Notes: a model not told the origin generated them from the letters alone. A DNA stretch of 64,000 bases from Candidatus Uhrbacteria bacterium RIFOXYB12_FULL_58_10 (GCA_001791645.1 MGFA01000019.1:29774-93773); one strand, 5' to 3'. Positions 1 through 9,950 are shown, counted from the stretch's first letter. Program-made: numbers and translations.

Positions 1-1045
1 TGTCGAGTCGAGCATTGCTCATCCCATCTGCGGCGGCATAGAACGACCGGCGGGGCAGGCATCCGCCGTTAAAGGAGCTCCGAAGCGGCGGAAGGCGCTC
101 GGCCCACATTTCCGCAAGGGCGCGGTCGCGGACGTTCCCGTACGATTCCATCTTCCCAACGCACCCGTGCGCCGTGCCAAGAATGGTAACGTAAAGTCCA
201 AGGTACTGCGTGCAGGCGCGACCAAAGCCGACGAAGGGCATGCGCGCCGAGTGCGGAAGACCGAACTCCGTCTCGTCGATGCGGCGGCACTCGGCGAACA
301 CGGCTTCCAGCTCCTCCCAGCTGGCCGCCGTCTCGGTTGCCTTCCGCGTCCTTCCCGATGGAATGAAGCTGGAGCAGGCAAGATAGACATTGTTGCGCCG
401 GCACCAGCGCAGGCAGTCGGGAATCCAAGGCAGCGTGGCCTGGTACACGATGTTGTCGATTCCAAGCCGGGTAGGCCTGGTGGAATTGAATCCGATCTCC
501 ATCAGAAGCGCGATAGCGCGGTCGCGACGATCGGCCGCCCCGGCCCGGCGCACGATGCGGTCATGCACCTCGGCCGGCCCGTGGTGCTTCACCACCACCG
601 TCGTGCCAAGCTCCCAGAGACGCTCAGCCACGGCGCGTCCGCGCCTGGCCGACCCAAGAACCGATCCGTTGGTGAATACGACCGGCTGCAGCCCGCACGC
701 GACGGCGTGCTCCACCTGTGGCATGCAGAGTGGATCGATCAGCGGTTCGCCCGCCCCCACGATGTCGTACGTCTTGGCGCCAAGCGCCGCGGCCGCGTCG
801 ATGAGCGCGAGGCGCTCATGAAGGACGAGTTCGCCCGGAAGGGGCTGTCCGTGAAATCCCGCGTCTTGCGCGACCGTGGCTTCGACCGTGTAACAGTACT
901 CGCAATCGAAGTCACAGCGGTTGGTCGTTTCCGCAAGCAGGTGCAACATTTCGCCTCGCGCAAGCGCGTCATTGCACGACGCGCTGTCATGATTCCACCC
1001 GCGCATCCGCGTAGATGCGTCAAGATCCTCAAGGCCCGTATACAT
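1..1045 (-). CDS. Radical SAM protein with SPASM/twitch-like C-terminus (partial, runs off window start)
   Basis: Absent from ORF track. Manual translation from ATG 1045 gives MYTGLEDL...ETTNRCDFDCEYCY (CxxxCxxC), GAGEPL, VFTNGS and C-terminal CTQYLGLYVTILGTAHGC...GNVRDRALAEMW; no stop seen before position 2. Confidence 0.85.
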   Translation of the reverse strand, partial: MYTGLEDLDASTRMRGWNHDSASCNDALARGEMLHLLAETTNRCDFDCEYCYTVEATVAQDAGFHGQPLPGELVLHERLALIDAAAALGAKTYDIVGAGEPLIDPLCMPQVEHAVACGLQPVVFTNGSVLGSARRGRAVAERLWELGTTVVVKHHGPAEVHDRIVRRAGAADRRDRAIALLMEIGFNSTRPTRLGIDNIVYQATLPWIPDCLRWCRRNNVYLACSSFIPSGRTRKATETAASWEELEAVFAECRRIDETEFGLPHSARMPFVGFGRACTQYLGLYVTILGTAHGCVGKMESYGNVRDRALAEMWAERLPPLRSSFNGGCLPRRSFYAAADGMSNARLD

Positions 1046-1182
1046 GATTGCCCCCAAAAGGCTGGTTCAGAAACCGGTCGGGCATTCCAACCGCTCCGTG
1101 ACCTTTGCACAAAATCAACCGGATGTCCACCCAAGGCGATCTAATCACTCCGTTGCGCCAGATAATTGAAACCACCTTGATA

Positions 1183-1872
1183 TTATCCAATCACCGTCCC
1201 GACGAAGCTCTTTCCGTCGAGCACGTTCGATAGGTTCTCGAGGTTGGTGCCGTTCAAGAGGACCGCCTGGATGCCGGCGTTATGGGCGAGGCGCGAGGCG
1301 ACCGGGTCGAAGGGGACGTTCATGCCCGGGTCCCATGTGTCGCCGACCATCTTGCGAAAGTCCTTCCAGCCGATCTCGCAGATGGGAGTGGCCGTTTTGT
1401 CCTTGCGCGGGTCGGCAGTGTACAGGTAATCGACGTTTGAGAGGTTAAGTACCATGCCCGCGCCAAGGCGTTTGGCAATGCGCGTGGCCACGTAATCCGT
1501 GGACCAGCCTGGCTTCCATCCGGCGGCCACGAGCACGCGTTCCTTGAACCGCTTTGGCACGCGGGTCGGATCCTTGTACATGACCGGGTGCGCGACGTCG
1601 CGGAACACGGTGCGCATGAGATGCCCGTTCAGCCTGGTGGAATGAATGCCCAGCCAGTCGAGGTCGTCGCGTGTCACCGGACCAACGTCCTTGGCCGCGC
1701 TCTGATAGCTGCGCGCGGTCCCTCCCCCGCCGACCACGATGACGAACTTCCAACCTTTCTTGGCGTGGCTGACGAGCGTCTTTTTAAATGCCTTCAAAAA
1801 GTCGGTGGCAATTTCGCCGTTCGGGACGACGATGGAGCCACCGACGGAAATGACAAGCGTTGATGATTTCAC
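1183..1872 (-). CDS. pyrH: UMP kinase (archaeal-like type)
   Basis: VISVGGS, VVGGGGTAR, DWLGIHSTRLN, PGWSTDYVA, PFDPVA motifs. Confidence 0.92.
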   Translation of the reverse strand: MKSSTLVISVGGSIVVPNGEIATDFLKAFKKTLVSHAKKGWKFVIVVGGGGTARSYQSAAKDVGPVTRDDLDWLGIHSTRLNGHLMRTVFRDVAHPVMYKDPTRVPKRFKERVLVAAGWKPGWSTDYVATRIAKRLGAGMVLNLSNVDYLYTADPRKDKTATPICEIGWKDFRKMVGDTWDPGMNVPFDPVASRLAHNAGIQAVLLNGTNLENLSNVLDGKSFVGTVIG

Positions 1873-1875
1873 AGA

Positions 1876-2226
1876 CTACGATTCCTCGGCGTGACGAATC
1901 AACCAGTTGGTGCCAAGCGATACGACCCAAAGAATCAGCGCGGCGAGGAACGCCGGGACAAACCCTTCCACCGTGAACCCATTCACGATGGTGCTGACGA
2001 ACCACACCATAAGCGCGTTCAGCACGAAGGTGAACAGACCGAGCGTCAGGATATTAATCGGCAGAGTGAGCACGAGCAGAATCGGGCGGATGAGCGCGTT
2101 GGCGAGGCCGAGCACAAGCGCGGCGATGAGCGCGGTATAAAACGTGGACACGCCGAACCCCGGCACGATGTTCGCGACCAAGAGGAGTGCGATAGCATTG
2201 ATGAGCCAGCGAAAGATGAGTTTCAT
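1876..2226 (-). CDS. YvlD / 4-TM holin-like family membrane protein
   Basis: Four hydrophobic segments; NALIRPIL..LTLPINILTLGLF signature. Confidence 0.85.
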   Translation of the reverse strand: MKLIFRWLINAIALLLVANIVPGFGVSTFYTALIAALVLGLANALIRPILLVLTLPINILTLGLFTFVLNALMVWFVSTIVNGFTVEGFVPAFLAALILWVVSLGTNWLIRHAEES

Positions 2227-2426
2227 ATGTCAGCGAATTTTTTCTTAATTTCCTTGACCTTATTTTCGAACTCGTCCATTTTCTCCTTGCACGCCGAAGC
2301 AAGTTCAAGCGCGCGCTCGAACTTTTTGAGACCCTCGTCGAGATCGACCTCGGTTCCCTCGAACCACTCGGTGATGGCCTCCAGTTCCTCGATGGCCTTT
2401 TGAAAGTTGATTTTTCCCTTCGCCAT
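2223..2426 (-). CDS. xseB: Exodeoxyribonuclease VII small subunit
   Basis: FQKAIEELEAI..LDEGLKKFERAL; directly downstream of xseA. Confidence 0.93.
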   Translation of the reverse strand: MAKGKINFQKAIEELEAITEWFEGTEVDLDEGLKKFERALELASACKEKMDEFENKVKEIKKKFADI

Positions 2427-2427
2427 A

Positions 2428-3639
2428 CTAGATCATCTTTTGTTTTCCCTTTCCGTTCGTTCGAATGACCTCGGCATCGACGGATCCGCGGGACAATTGT
2501 ACCGCGATTTCAGCCCCGATTTCAAGCAGGCTTGCGTCGGCTACCACACGGCCGCCAACAGTCACAATGGAATAGCCGCGGGCAAGCACGCGCGTTGGGT
2601 CGAGTTGCCTGAGCACGCGGTCGTACGAGAGGACGCGATCGCGCAGGCGCGATGCCCACGAGGCGAACGCGTCCTGCGAGCGCCGCGACAATACGAGCAT
2701 TCGCTGACGCTCTCGGTCGAGCGCAAACGACACCGTGCGCGTGGCGCGCTCCACCATGCGCTTATGGTGCGCCGCGATCTCAAACAGGCGCTCCTCGGCG
2801 CGGCGCGTCATCATGGCGATTTCGTAGTCCATGTCGCGGCGGTTCGGTACCACGCGCTCGGCCGCGTTGCTCGGCGTGGAGGCTCGAACGTCCGCGACGA
2901 AATCGCACAGCGACTCGTCGCGCTCGTGCCCCACCCCGCACACTACCGGAATCTTGGACCCGTACACCGCCCGCGCCACGGCCTCATCGTTGAACGCATG
3001 CAAGTCCTCGAGCGACCCGCCGCCGCGCGTAAGCACAAGCAGGTCCGGGCGCTCTTCGGGCGACATAGCGTCGAAGGCGTCAAAAGCTTCCAGAATTTCG
3101 GAAACCGCGTCCTTTCCCTGCACGCGAACCGAACAAAATGCCACCTCGACCCCTCCCCACCGGTTGTTGAGAATCCGCAAAAAATCGCCGTAGGCCGCGG
3201 CGTCCCGGCTTGTGATGAGCCCGATGCGCTCGGGAAACCTCGGCAGCGCGCGCTTGCGGCCGGCGTCAAACAATCCTTCGGCCTCCAACTTTTTCTTCAA
3301 AAGCTCGTACGCCCGCTTGAGCGCCCCTTCCCCCACCGGGTCGATCCGCTGCACGTCGATCTGGAACGTGCTCCACGGCTTCACCGTCGGATACCCGAAC
3401 ACGCGCACCTTCATCCCGTTCTCGAACGCGCCGAGAATCTTGTACGTCGTCCCGAAGCACGCCACCTTGGTCTTGGCGTCCTGCTCGTCCTTCAAATCGA
3501 AAATGATCCACTTCCCGTCCTTGACCGTGAACCCGGAAATTTCCCCCTCCACGACGATCTCGCCCGACGGGACATGCTCGCGCAGGACCGCGTTCACGAT
3601 CTGAAGATACTGGGAGACGGAGAGGACGTTTGCATCCAT
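2428..3639 (-). CDS. xseA: Exodeoxyribonuclease VII large subunit
   Basis: VEGEIS, IGLITS, RGGGSLEDL, GVGHERD, ASTPS, VLARGYS motifs. Confidence 0.96.
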   Translation of the reverse strand: MDANVLSVSQYLQIVNAVLREHVPSGEIVVEGEISGFTVKDGKWIIFDLKDEQDAKTKVACFGTTYKILGAFENGMKVRVFGYPTVKPWSTFQIDVQRIDPVGEGALKRAYELLKKKLEAEGLFDAGRKRALPRFPERIGLITSRDAAAYGDFLRILNNRWGGVEVAFCSVRVQGKDAVSEILEAFDAFDAMSPEERPDLLVLTRGGGSLEDLHAFNDEAVARAVYGSKIPVVCGVGHERDESLCDFVADVRASTPSNAAERVVPNRRDMDYEIAMMTRRAEERLFEIAAHHKRMVERATRTVSFALDRERQRMLVLSRRSQDAFASWASRLRDRVLSYDRVLRQLDPTRVLARGYSIVTVGGRVVADASLLEIGAEIAVQLSRGSVDAEVIRTNGKGKQKMI

Positions 3640-3640
3640 A

Positions 3641-5431
3641 CTATTCGAGCGCGCGCATCAACGCGGACAATTTCATGAGCATCCAGCGGTCGGGGTTTTC
3701 CTCCGGGTTCCAAAACAACTCGGGAAACGCCTGGCGCACGGCCGCGACCAAGCCGTCTGGTGTCGGATGATCCCGGTAGAGCTCGCCGAATCGTTGGAGC
3801 GGCTTTCGGGCCGATTCGGGATCCCGGCGAAGAACGTCCGCGCCGCCTGTTTTTCCCAGACGATCCGCGTGGGAACGCAGAAAAACGAGAACCGCGTCCA
3901 CGTCGAGGGGATCGATCCCAGATTCCCGGATCAGTTCGGCGTACGCGCGCACGAAAACTTCGCGCTCGCGCGCAGATTCCGCCTCATGCTCGTATGTTTC
4001 GCGCAACGCCCCCTCGTACCGCTCACGGACGGCGTCGTCAAGCGTCGCCTCGACGAGCAACCGTTCCACGGCGCGGTCAATCGGAATGTCAGGGTGCATG
4101 CCTTTTAACTTCGCGTCGATGATTCCGCGCAGCTCGCGCAAACGAGCCGAGCTGTTCAAGTCGCCCATGTTCGCGCGGACGGCATCGACCACTTCCTGCA
4201 GCTCCTCGTCATCCAATAATTGGACCCCGTCGACGGTCGCCGCTTGGCGAAACGCCTCCTTGGACGCGGTTGGATCGCCTGCCAGCCGGGAGATGTCGCC
4301 GGCAAACTGCCGCTTGATAAAGATGACCGTCGGGTGTTCTACCAAACGGCCTTCGCCCTCAAGCGAATCCTTCAATCGCAGCCGCTCCTGGCCGTGGCCC
4401 GCGCTGAGAGCCGTCCGCGCGGAAAACCGGTCAAGCGGATGCGCGACCACGTCCGTCGCCACCGCGACCTTGCCGATGCCGGCGAGGCGAAACCCGAACG
4501 CGGGATCTTCTCCGCCGGCGAGCTTCGGAACGCCGCCGACAAGCGCGGCCTCAAACGCGCGGCTCGCCATATTGGCGCCCGAAAAATGAACGCGGGGCTC
4601 CTCCGCGGGAACGTCCTTGCGGTCCAGGACGTTCTTTCGCGCCTTCAGCGCCTTCGCCACCCACTGATAACGGGAAAACAACTCCGCCGTCGACGCCGCG
4701 CCGCCGAACATTTCCTTCACCTCGTCGGACAGTTCAAATTCTATTTTTCCAGAAATTCCAACCAAAGACGGGTCGCGCCCGAATGCCCGGACGAGGGACA
4801 GGATATAATTCGGCGGGAATCGCGTGTCCGCGTCGGATTGCGCGATGATGCCGTTCTTACGATGCTGTCCGTAAAACCGCTCCACCGCCTCGGCCACCCC
4901 TCGGTTGCGCGCGCCGCCCACGTTCGCTTCCTCCGGCGGGAGCGTGCGACCTTCGCCCGACTTGTCGACGACATGTACGCGCGTCCCGCGCGATCGAATT
5001 TCTTCAAGCTGCCCGCGCTCTTCGTCCGTTGCGTGCGAGGGCATCGGACCTCCATTCAAGAAGCGGAGGATCTCGATCGTCTGCGCGTTCTGCCACGTCG
5101 CCATCAGATACAGGTCGCGCTTGCGCGCCCAATCGTTCTCCGACTCGTCCAGCGTGCGAACGGGCTCGGACGGCGGGTTGTTCACGACGAAAATAACCTC
5201 GTACTCCTCGGGCTTCACGCCTTCTTGCCGCGCCAACGACAATAGCGGACGGAATATTCCCTCTCGTTCCGCATAGGCGGGAATCACGACGGATACCTCG
5301 CACCGCGAGTCCATCGGCGTCTCAATGCGCGTTTCCCCGCGAAGCGATTCCCGAAGATATTCCGTAATCCGCTTGCCACGCTCTTCCTCGCGCGCCGCGG
5401 CCTCGCGCGGGTCCAATTCCGTTTCTGTCAT
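3641..5431 (-). CDS. Glycosyltransferase family 2 protein with long helical C-terminal extension
   Basis: SVVIPAY, VVNN, GGARNRG, SDAD (DxD), SGANM, GED motifs; ATG 5431 lies just after the upstream stop. Confidence 0.8.
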   Translation of the reverse strand: MTETELDPREAAAREEERGKRITEYLRESLRGETRIETPMDSRCEVSVVIPAYAEREGIFRPLLSLARQEGVKPEEYEVIFVVNNPPSEPVRTLDESENDWARKRDLYLMATWQNAQTIEILRFLNGGPMPSHATDEERGQLEEIRSRGTRVHVVDKSGEGRTLPPEEANVGGARNRGVAEAVERFYGQHRKNGIIAQSDADTRFPPNYILSLVRAFGRDPSLVGISGKIEFELSDEVKEMFGGAASTAELFSRYQWVAKALKARKNVLDRKDVPAEEPRVHFSGANMASRAFEAALVGGVPKLAGGEDPAFGFRLAGIGKVAVATDVVAHPLDRFSARTALSAGHGQERLRLKDSLEGEGRLVEHPTVIFIKRQFAGDISRLAGDPTASKEAFRQAATVDGVQLLDDEELQEVVDAVRANMGDLNSSARLRELRGIIDAKLKGMHPDIPIDRAVERLLVEATLDDAVRERYEGALRETYEHEAESAREREVFVRAYAELIRESGIDPLDVDAVLVFLRSHADRLGKTGGADVLRRDPESARKPLQRFGELYRDHPTPDGLVAAVRQAFPELFWNPEENPDRWMLMKLSALMRALE

Positions 5432-5432
5432 A

Positions 5433-5900
5433 TCAATCGATAAACCAGATTGGTTGATAATACTGGACGACAAGCCACATGCCGAAGCCGACGAGCAAAT
5501 GGGAGGCGAGCATTTCCAACCATACGCGATGCCCGGCGCGGCGGCCGAACGGTCCCATGCCGAGCGCGGGAAAGATCGTCAGTCCGCTCACGACCCAGCT
5601 GCCAACCGCAAAGACCACGAGTGACAGAAAGGTATATGGCGAATGCGTGACGAACAACCACCCCTTTTTTACGAACACCACGTACATGAGGCCAAACAGC
5701 GAGCCAACCACCAAATGCACGAGCAACGCGACAAGGAAAGTCTCATGACGGTCAAGCTTGCGTCCCCAGAGCGTCTTGATGTCCACGAGCAACGGGGCAT
5801 TCGGCACGCGCCAACGCTCCACCGCCTCGAGCACGATGGCCGGAATGGCAAAAAAGAGCGCGGTAAGACCTCCGATCGACGTTCCTAACAGGTAATCCAT
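5433..5900 (-). CDS. Hypothetical 4-TM membrane protein
   Basis: Hydrophobic helices with intramembrane His (LVHLVVG, SHLLVG); 1-nt spacing to neighbours. Confidence 0.7.
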   Translation of the reverse strand: MDYLLGTSIGGLTALFFAIPAIVLEAVERWRVPNAPLLVDIKTLWGRKLDRHETFLVALLVHLVVGSLFGLMYVVFVKKGWLFVTHSPYTFLSLVVFAVGSWVVSGLTIFPALGMGPFGRRAGHRVWLEMLASHLLVGFGMWLVVQYYQPIWFID

Positions 5901-5901
5901 A

Positions 5902-6771
5902 TCATTCCGGATATATCACAACAACCACCTTCGGGCCAGTTTCAATGGTATCAAAGGAGCCAGTCCAATCGTGCGTGGCGTCCATGACCGTATTGATGTC
6001 GTACACGTATCCCTCGCCTCGGCGCGTGCCGGGGTCGTTCGCGATGAACTGCGTTTCCGTATAACCGCGAATCACGATCATGTGATACGGCGGGCCGTCG
6101 CCGCTAAAGTTTGGGTTGTGAAGCAAACGACCGGCGGTAGGAACGATCACCGGATGGCCCGCGGCCACGTGGTTCTTGATATCCTCGACGGTCAGGTCGT
6201 TCTCCGTTTGCGCGTGTAGGCCGTATGCCTTCGCGACCAACTGCGCAGTCTCAACGGCGGTCGTGTCCTGGTAATATCCGAATAAATCGTTCTCGATCGC
6301 CACCAAACGCTGGAGCTCATTTTCCGCCACCTGCGAATCAATGACGCCTTGCACTCCGAGATAATACGCGGCGACCATGTACGCGGCGGCTTCCTCGCAC
6401 GTCTCCTCGTGCAACGCGTCCCAGTTGGCGAACGGGGCTTGCGAGGTAAACGGAACGGCGAGATTGTATGAAGCGGGGATGTCGGATACGGTCGGCAAAA
6501 CGACGGGCGGTTCTTCGTTTGCCGTTTTCGCGGGGACGTCCGCAACGGGCTCGGGAATTTCCGGCGCGTCCGGAATAGTCCGTTCATCCGATTCCGTCGC
6601 GGGCTTCTCAGCCTGCTGCGCGGCGTCCGCGTAGGAAACGGCCTCTGGCAACTCCGGCGCGCTCGCCTCTCGAGCCAAATCCGCGATGCGCACGCGCTGC
6701 GTATACATTGCGGTTGCGAGCGCGATCACAAAGATGATCGCGCCGACAGATCGACGAATATGGTATTTCAT
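5902..6771 (-). CDS. C39-like cysteine peptidase, membrane anchored
   Basis: N-terminal TM, Pro-rich linker, VPFTSQAP..W...CEEA, HMIVIRGY, NDPG. Confidence 0.85.
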   Translation of the reverse strand: MKYHIRRSVGAIIFVIALATAMYTQRVRIADLAREASAPELPEAVSYADAAQQAEKPATESDERTIPDAPEIPEPVADVPAKTANEEPPVVLPTVSDIPASYNLAVPFTSQAPFANWDALHEETCEEAAAYMVAAYYLGVQGVIDSQVAENELQRLVAIENDLFGYYQDTTAVETAQLVAKAYGLHAQTENDLTVEDIKNHVAAGHPVIVPTAGRLLHNPNFSGDGPPYHMIVIRGYTETQFIANDPGTRRGEGYVYDINTVMDATHDWTGSFDTIETGPKVVVVIYPE

Positions 6772-6805
6772 AAGACGGGAACGGTGTTTCAAAATCGTTC
6801 GGACA

Positions 6806-8200
6806 TCATACGGTGTGCTTTTCTAACCACTCTTTCACGATGTGCGTCGCGCGAACGTCGTCCTCGTTGTACGCCAGAATCTTGTCGAGCGTCTTCTTGT
6901 CCTTCTTTTTCAACCAGGACTCGAACCACAGCACCGAATTCGCGCCTGACGCGTCCTCGCTCCGCCAAGAAAACCCGACGTACGCGGCAATGTCCTTCAA
7001 CGAATAGAAGGTGAGCGGAAAGATGACCGAGGCCCGAATGACCTCCATGATGTCGACCATGTTGCGCTCGAATGCCTCGCGCGCGATGTCCGAGCATCCA
7101 TATTTCGCGGCAAACCGGTTGACCACCTCGCGCTCGAACCAGCCGTAGTGATAGATCGGCGCGTCAAGATGGCTTTCGACGAACGTCACAAACTCAGCCC
7201 ATGCCTTCCCTTCATCTTCCGGTTTCTTGGCGAGAAAGGCATGATATGCCTCCTTCCCGTTTTTGACCGTCATCGCGCCGAACAAATAGTCGAAGTCGCG
7301 CAGCGGGTCGGACTCGATGTCGAAGTACACCTCGATGGCCGCCTTTGGAAATCGCGCCGGGCCGCGCACGATGTGGTGGTTGTCGCGAATCGCGATGGCC
7401 TGGTCGCGGAGCATTTCCATGCGGCCGTGATTAATGTCCGGACACATGCGCAGGAGGTCGTGCACGGACCGCGCCGCGAGCGCGTCAATGGTGCGGATGC
7501 CCGCCGCGTCGAGCCTCAACACCTCTTCGTTCCACACGCGGTTGAGCACGGACAGCTCGTTGCATGCCTCGGATTCGCGACGACACTCCGAAAACCATGG
7601 CGACTGCTTGCACGCGCTGGTCACGAAATGCACGGGGCGCTTTCCGGCCACGATCGCCTCGATTTCGTCGAGCGTGAGCTTGTACTGGGCCTCGAACTCA
7701 TTGACGAGATACGCGAGCGCGTCGCCGTCCGGAGTGATGACGTATCCCTGCGTGGGTTTCGTCCCCTGAATCTTTGAAAGCAACTCAGCGTAAAAGCACC
7801 CTTGGAACTTGAACTCATCCCGCACCTCGCGCGAGCGCTTGATGTCCGCGGCAACGTAATAGTAGGAACCGAGACGCGACGAGCCCTCCACGCGCGCGAG
7901 GATGTCCGGATGTCCCACCCAATGTTTGTCGATAAGCACGCCGCGATATATGGTTTCCCGCCCCTCGCGCATGAACGCGAGCGTCTGGCGAAACGCTTCG
8001 TCCGGATCCTCGGCATCGACCTCGGCCAAATCAGGCCGATCGGAAATAGCGCGCTGTTTTACGTCGTCCATAAGCCCGTCCTGCATCAGCCGGAGAAGCA
8101 ACGGGTCGTGAGGCTTTTCCTCGATCGTATGCGCATCAAAATACACCCAATTCGGGCACTTGATGAACTGATAAAACGTGGTTTCGGTAATTTGTCGCAT
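6806..8200 (-). CDS. TM0106-family RecB/Cas4-like nuclease with C-terminal RNase H-like domain
   Basis: GHPDIL, ADIK, Q..FY nuclease motifs; YFDIES, YHYG, YSLK, YNEDDV exonuclease motifs; ATG 8200 follows a TGCTATACT box. Confidence 0.88.
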   Translation of the reverse strand: MRQITETTFYQFIKCPNWVYFDAHTIEEKPHDPLLLRLMQDGLMDDVKQRAISDRPDLAEVDAEDPDEAFRQTLAFMREGRETIYRGVLIDKHWVGHPDILARVEGSSRLGSYYYVAADIKRSREVRDEFKFQGCFYAELLSKIQGTKPTQGYVITPDGDALAYLVNEFEAQYKLTLDEIEAIVAGKRPVHFVTSACKQSPWFSECRRESEACNELSVLNRVWNEEVLRLDAAGIRTIDALAARSVHDLLRMCPDINHGRMEMLRDQAIAIRDNHHIVRGPARFPKAAIEVYFDIESDPLRDFDYLFGAMTVKNGKEAYHAFLAKKPEDEGKAWAEFVTFVESHLDAPIYHYGWFEREVVNRFAAKYGCSDIAREAFERNMVDIMEVIRASVIFPLTFYSLKDIAAYVGFSWRSEDASGANSVLWFESWLKKKDKKTLDKILAYNEDDVRATHIVKEWLEKHTV

Positions 8201-8258
8201 GTAGGGAAAGTATAGCAAAAAAACGTTCCGGGCGTTAGACGGGCGGTCCGACCAGCGG

Positions 8259-8287
8259 TTGACACTTGCGTTCGAATGTGGTATCTT
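8259..8287 (+). promoter_or_regulatory. Sigma70-type promoter
   Basis: TTGACA-17 bp-TATCTT upstream of ATG 8333. Confidence 0.65.
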
Positions 8288-8332
8288 TCCACTCCGTTCA
8301 TTGAAAGAAAATCCCCCCACCAAGGAAAACAC

Positions 8333-9196
8333 ATGGAACCGATCCCCCCCCTTACCGCTGGGGAGAATCTCACCACCAACCTTCGCCTCGCGGAGTTCGC
8401 GCAGGGAGCGAGACTGCGCCGATACGAGGCGCGAGAACACATCGCTCTCGACCTCGCCGTAAGCGCGGCCGTGTTCGCGGGCTGGTGGATCGTCGCCGCG
8501 CTCCTCGCGGTGGTGCTCCAGGGCCAGGTCGCGAACGGCCTGATCGTCGCCGGACTGGCCCAAAGTCTGGCCGGGATCATGATGGCGGCGTTCGCCATCG
8601 CGTTCCCTGGGGCCGTCTCGTCGGTGAGCGGGAAAGCAAGGTTTCCGTTCCTCCCCCAGCGCGGCGAAAACGCCAGGGACAAAACGGTGGGTGTCCTCAC
8701 CGTCGCGCTGTTCGGCCCCCTGTTCGCGGCATGCTCGGCGGCATGCGGGTTGTCGGTTGCCAATGGCAACCCGCAAACGGAATTCGGGTATGCCGAACAG
8801 ACGGTCAGGATGGAGTCCATCCTGAACGACGACCGGACCGCCACCGTTTTTTTGCCGCTCGCGCAGCAGATCAGGGACTGGGAGCGAGCGCGACTGGCGG
8901 CGAACCGGCTCATCGCCTTCGCGGAGGCCGGAACGTCCCTCTCCGAGGAAGAAGGGGCCGAAGTTGCCGCGTGCACGGTCGCGCGGGGTGGGCTCATGGT
9001 CCTCATCCGGATCGCGGAGGCACTCTCGATGGAGGGACCCCTCGGAACCACAGAGCAGGGTCTTCTTCCGGAGAGGGATCCTGTCAGTGCGGTCGATGGA
9101 CTCTCCCAAACGCGCAAGCACGTGGAGAGTCTGCGGGAAGACGCCTGGCAGCGGGCGCGCGCCGCCGCCGAGGTGAGCGACAAGCAGAAGACCTGA
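8333..9196 (+). CDS. Orphan membrane protein (about 3 TM)
   Basis: ORF with own promoter, AAGGAA RBS and terminator; hydrophobic segments. Confidence 0.65.
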   Translation: MEPIPPLTAGENLTTNLRLAEFAQGARLRRYEAREHIALDLAVSAAVFAGWWIVAALLAVVLQGQVANGLIVAGLAQSLAGIMMAAFAIAFPGAVSSVSGKARFPFLPQRGENARDKTVGVLTVALFGPLFAACSAACGLSVANGNPQTEFGYAEQTVRMESILNDDRTATVFLPLAQQIRDWERARLAANRLIAFAEAGTSLSEEEGAEVAACTVARGGLMVLIRIAEALSMEGPLGTTEQGLLPERDPVSAVDGLSQTRKHVESLREDAWQRARAAAEVSDKQKT

Positions 9197-9198
9197 CC

Positions 9199-9224
9199 TG
9201 AGACGGGCCACCGTCTCATTTTTT
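9199..9224 (+). terminator. Intrinsic terminator
   Basis: TGAGACGG-GCCA-CCGTCTCA followed by T6. Confidence 0.75.
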
Positions 9225-9949
9225 ATTCCGGCAAATAGTCTGCCGGCTCGTATACGTTGCGGGCGTTCCAGAGCATCCAGCCGCTCGCGTGCGCGTCGCG
9301 GGCCGCCTGGATTTGCGCCTCGATGAGATCGGCCGTGTACACCGCGCCAATGTCGAAGTCCTGGATCCACGGACGAAACTTCGGGGTAATCTCCGCGTCT
9401 GGAAGACCGAAGTTCGAGGCGACGATGCCAAGCCCGGTCACAAGGGAATGCGTGACAACCTCGTACGGATACAACGCCGGGTTCGCGTATCCCTGAAACC
9501 CGGAGGCATAATGCGACGGGTACACCATGGGCGAGATGAAATCCGCGTTCGGAAACACGTCGACCAGGCGTTGGCCGATTCCGAAGTCATTGCCCGTCTC
9601 AAAGGTCATGCCGAACAGGTCGAACGACACGGGAATCCCGTTTGCGCGCATGACGCCACCAACGGTTTCAAAAAATCGCGCCATCACTTCGGTCTTCGTC
9701 TCCACGCTGTCATACACCGAATATCGGATCGACGAAAGCGCGCCGTCGGACGCGAACCGCACGTAATCGAACTGCACCTCGTCGAATCCGCGCGCGTACG
9801 CCTTGCGGCCAAGCGCAATCGCCTCCTCCGCGACCACGGGCGCGACGATCGCGTCATCGACCCACCCCCCCCCGCCCATACATCCCAACGGTCGTCAGAA
9901 CCAAAAACGCAGGCACCGCAATCAGCAGGAGCCCGCGTTTCGCCCACAT
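9223..9949 (-). pseudogene. Disrupted DUF4015-like putative glycoside hydrolase
   Basis: Signal-like start MWAKRGLLLIAVPAFLV at 9949 stops shortly after a G9 tract; another frame carries GFDEVQFDYVRF, SPMVYPSHY, RPWIQDF, GWMLWN; N-terminal half of the domain appears absent. Confidence 0.7.
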
Positions 9950-9950
9950 A

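Noticed and set aside
167-1144. 325-aa + strand ORF
   Set aside because: Antisense shadow of the radical SAM gene on the minus strand
1876-2226. Holin as prophage evidence
   Set aside because: YvlD-type proteins are common chromosomal genes; no phage structural or integrase genes nearby
6806-8200. Cas4-like nuclease as sign of CRISPR-Cas
   Set aside because: No repeat-spacer array or other cas genes seen; TM0106 proteins commonly stand alone
6806-9370. 854-aa ORF suggesting a large nuclease fusion
   Set aside because: The N-terminal 390 aa are antisense to gene 8333-9196; the real start is ATG 8200 behind a -10 box
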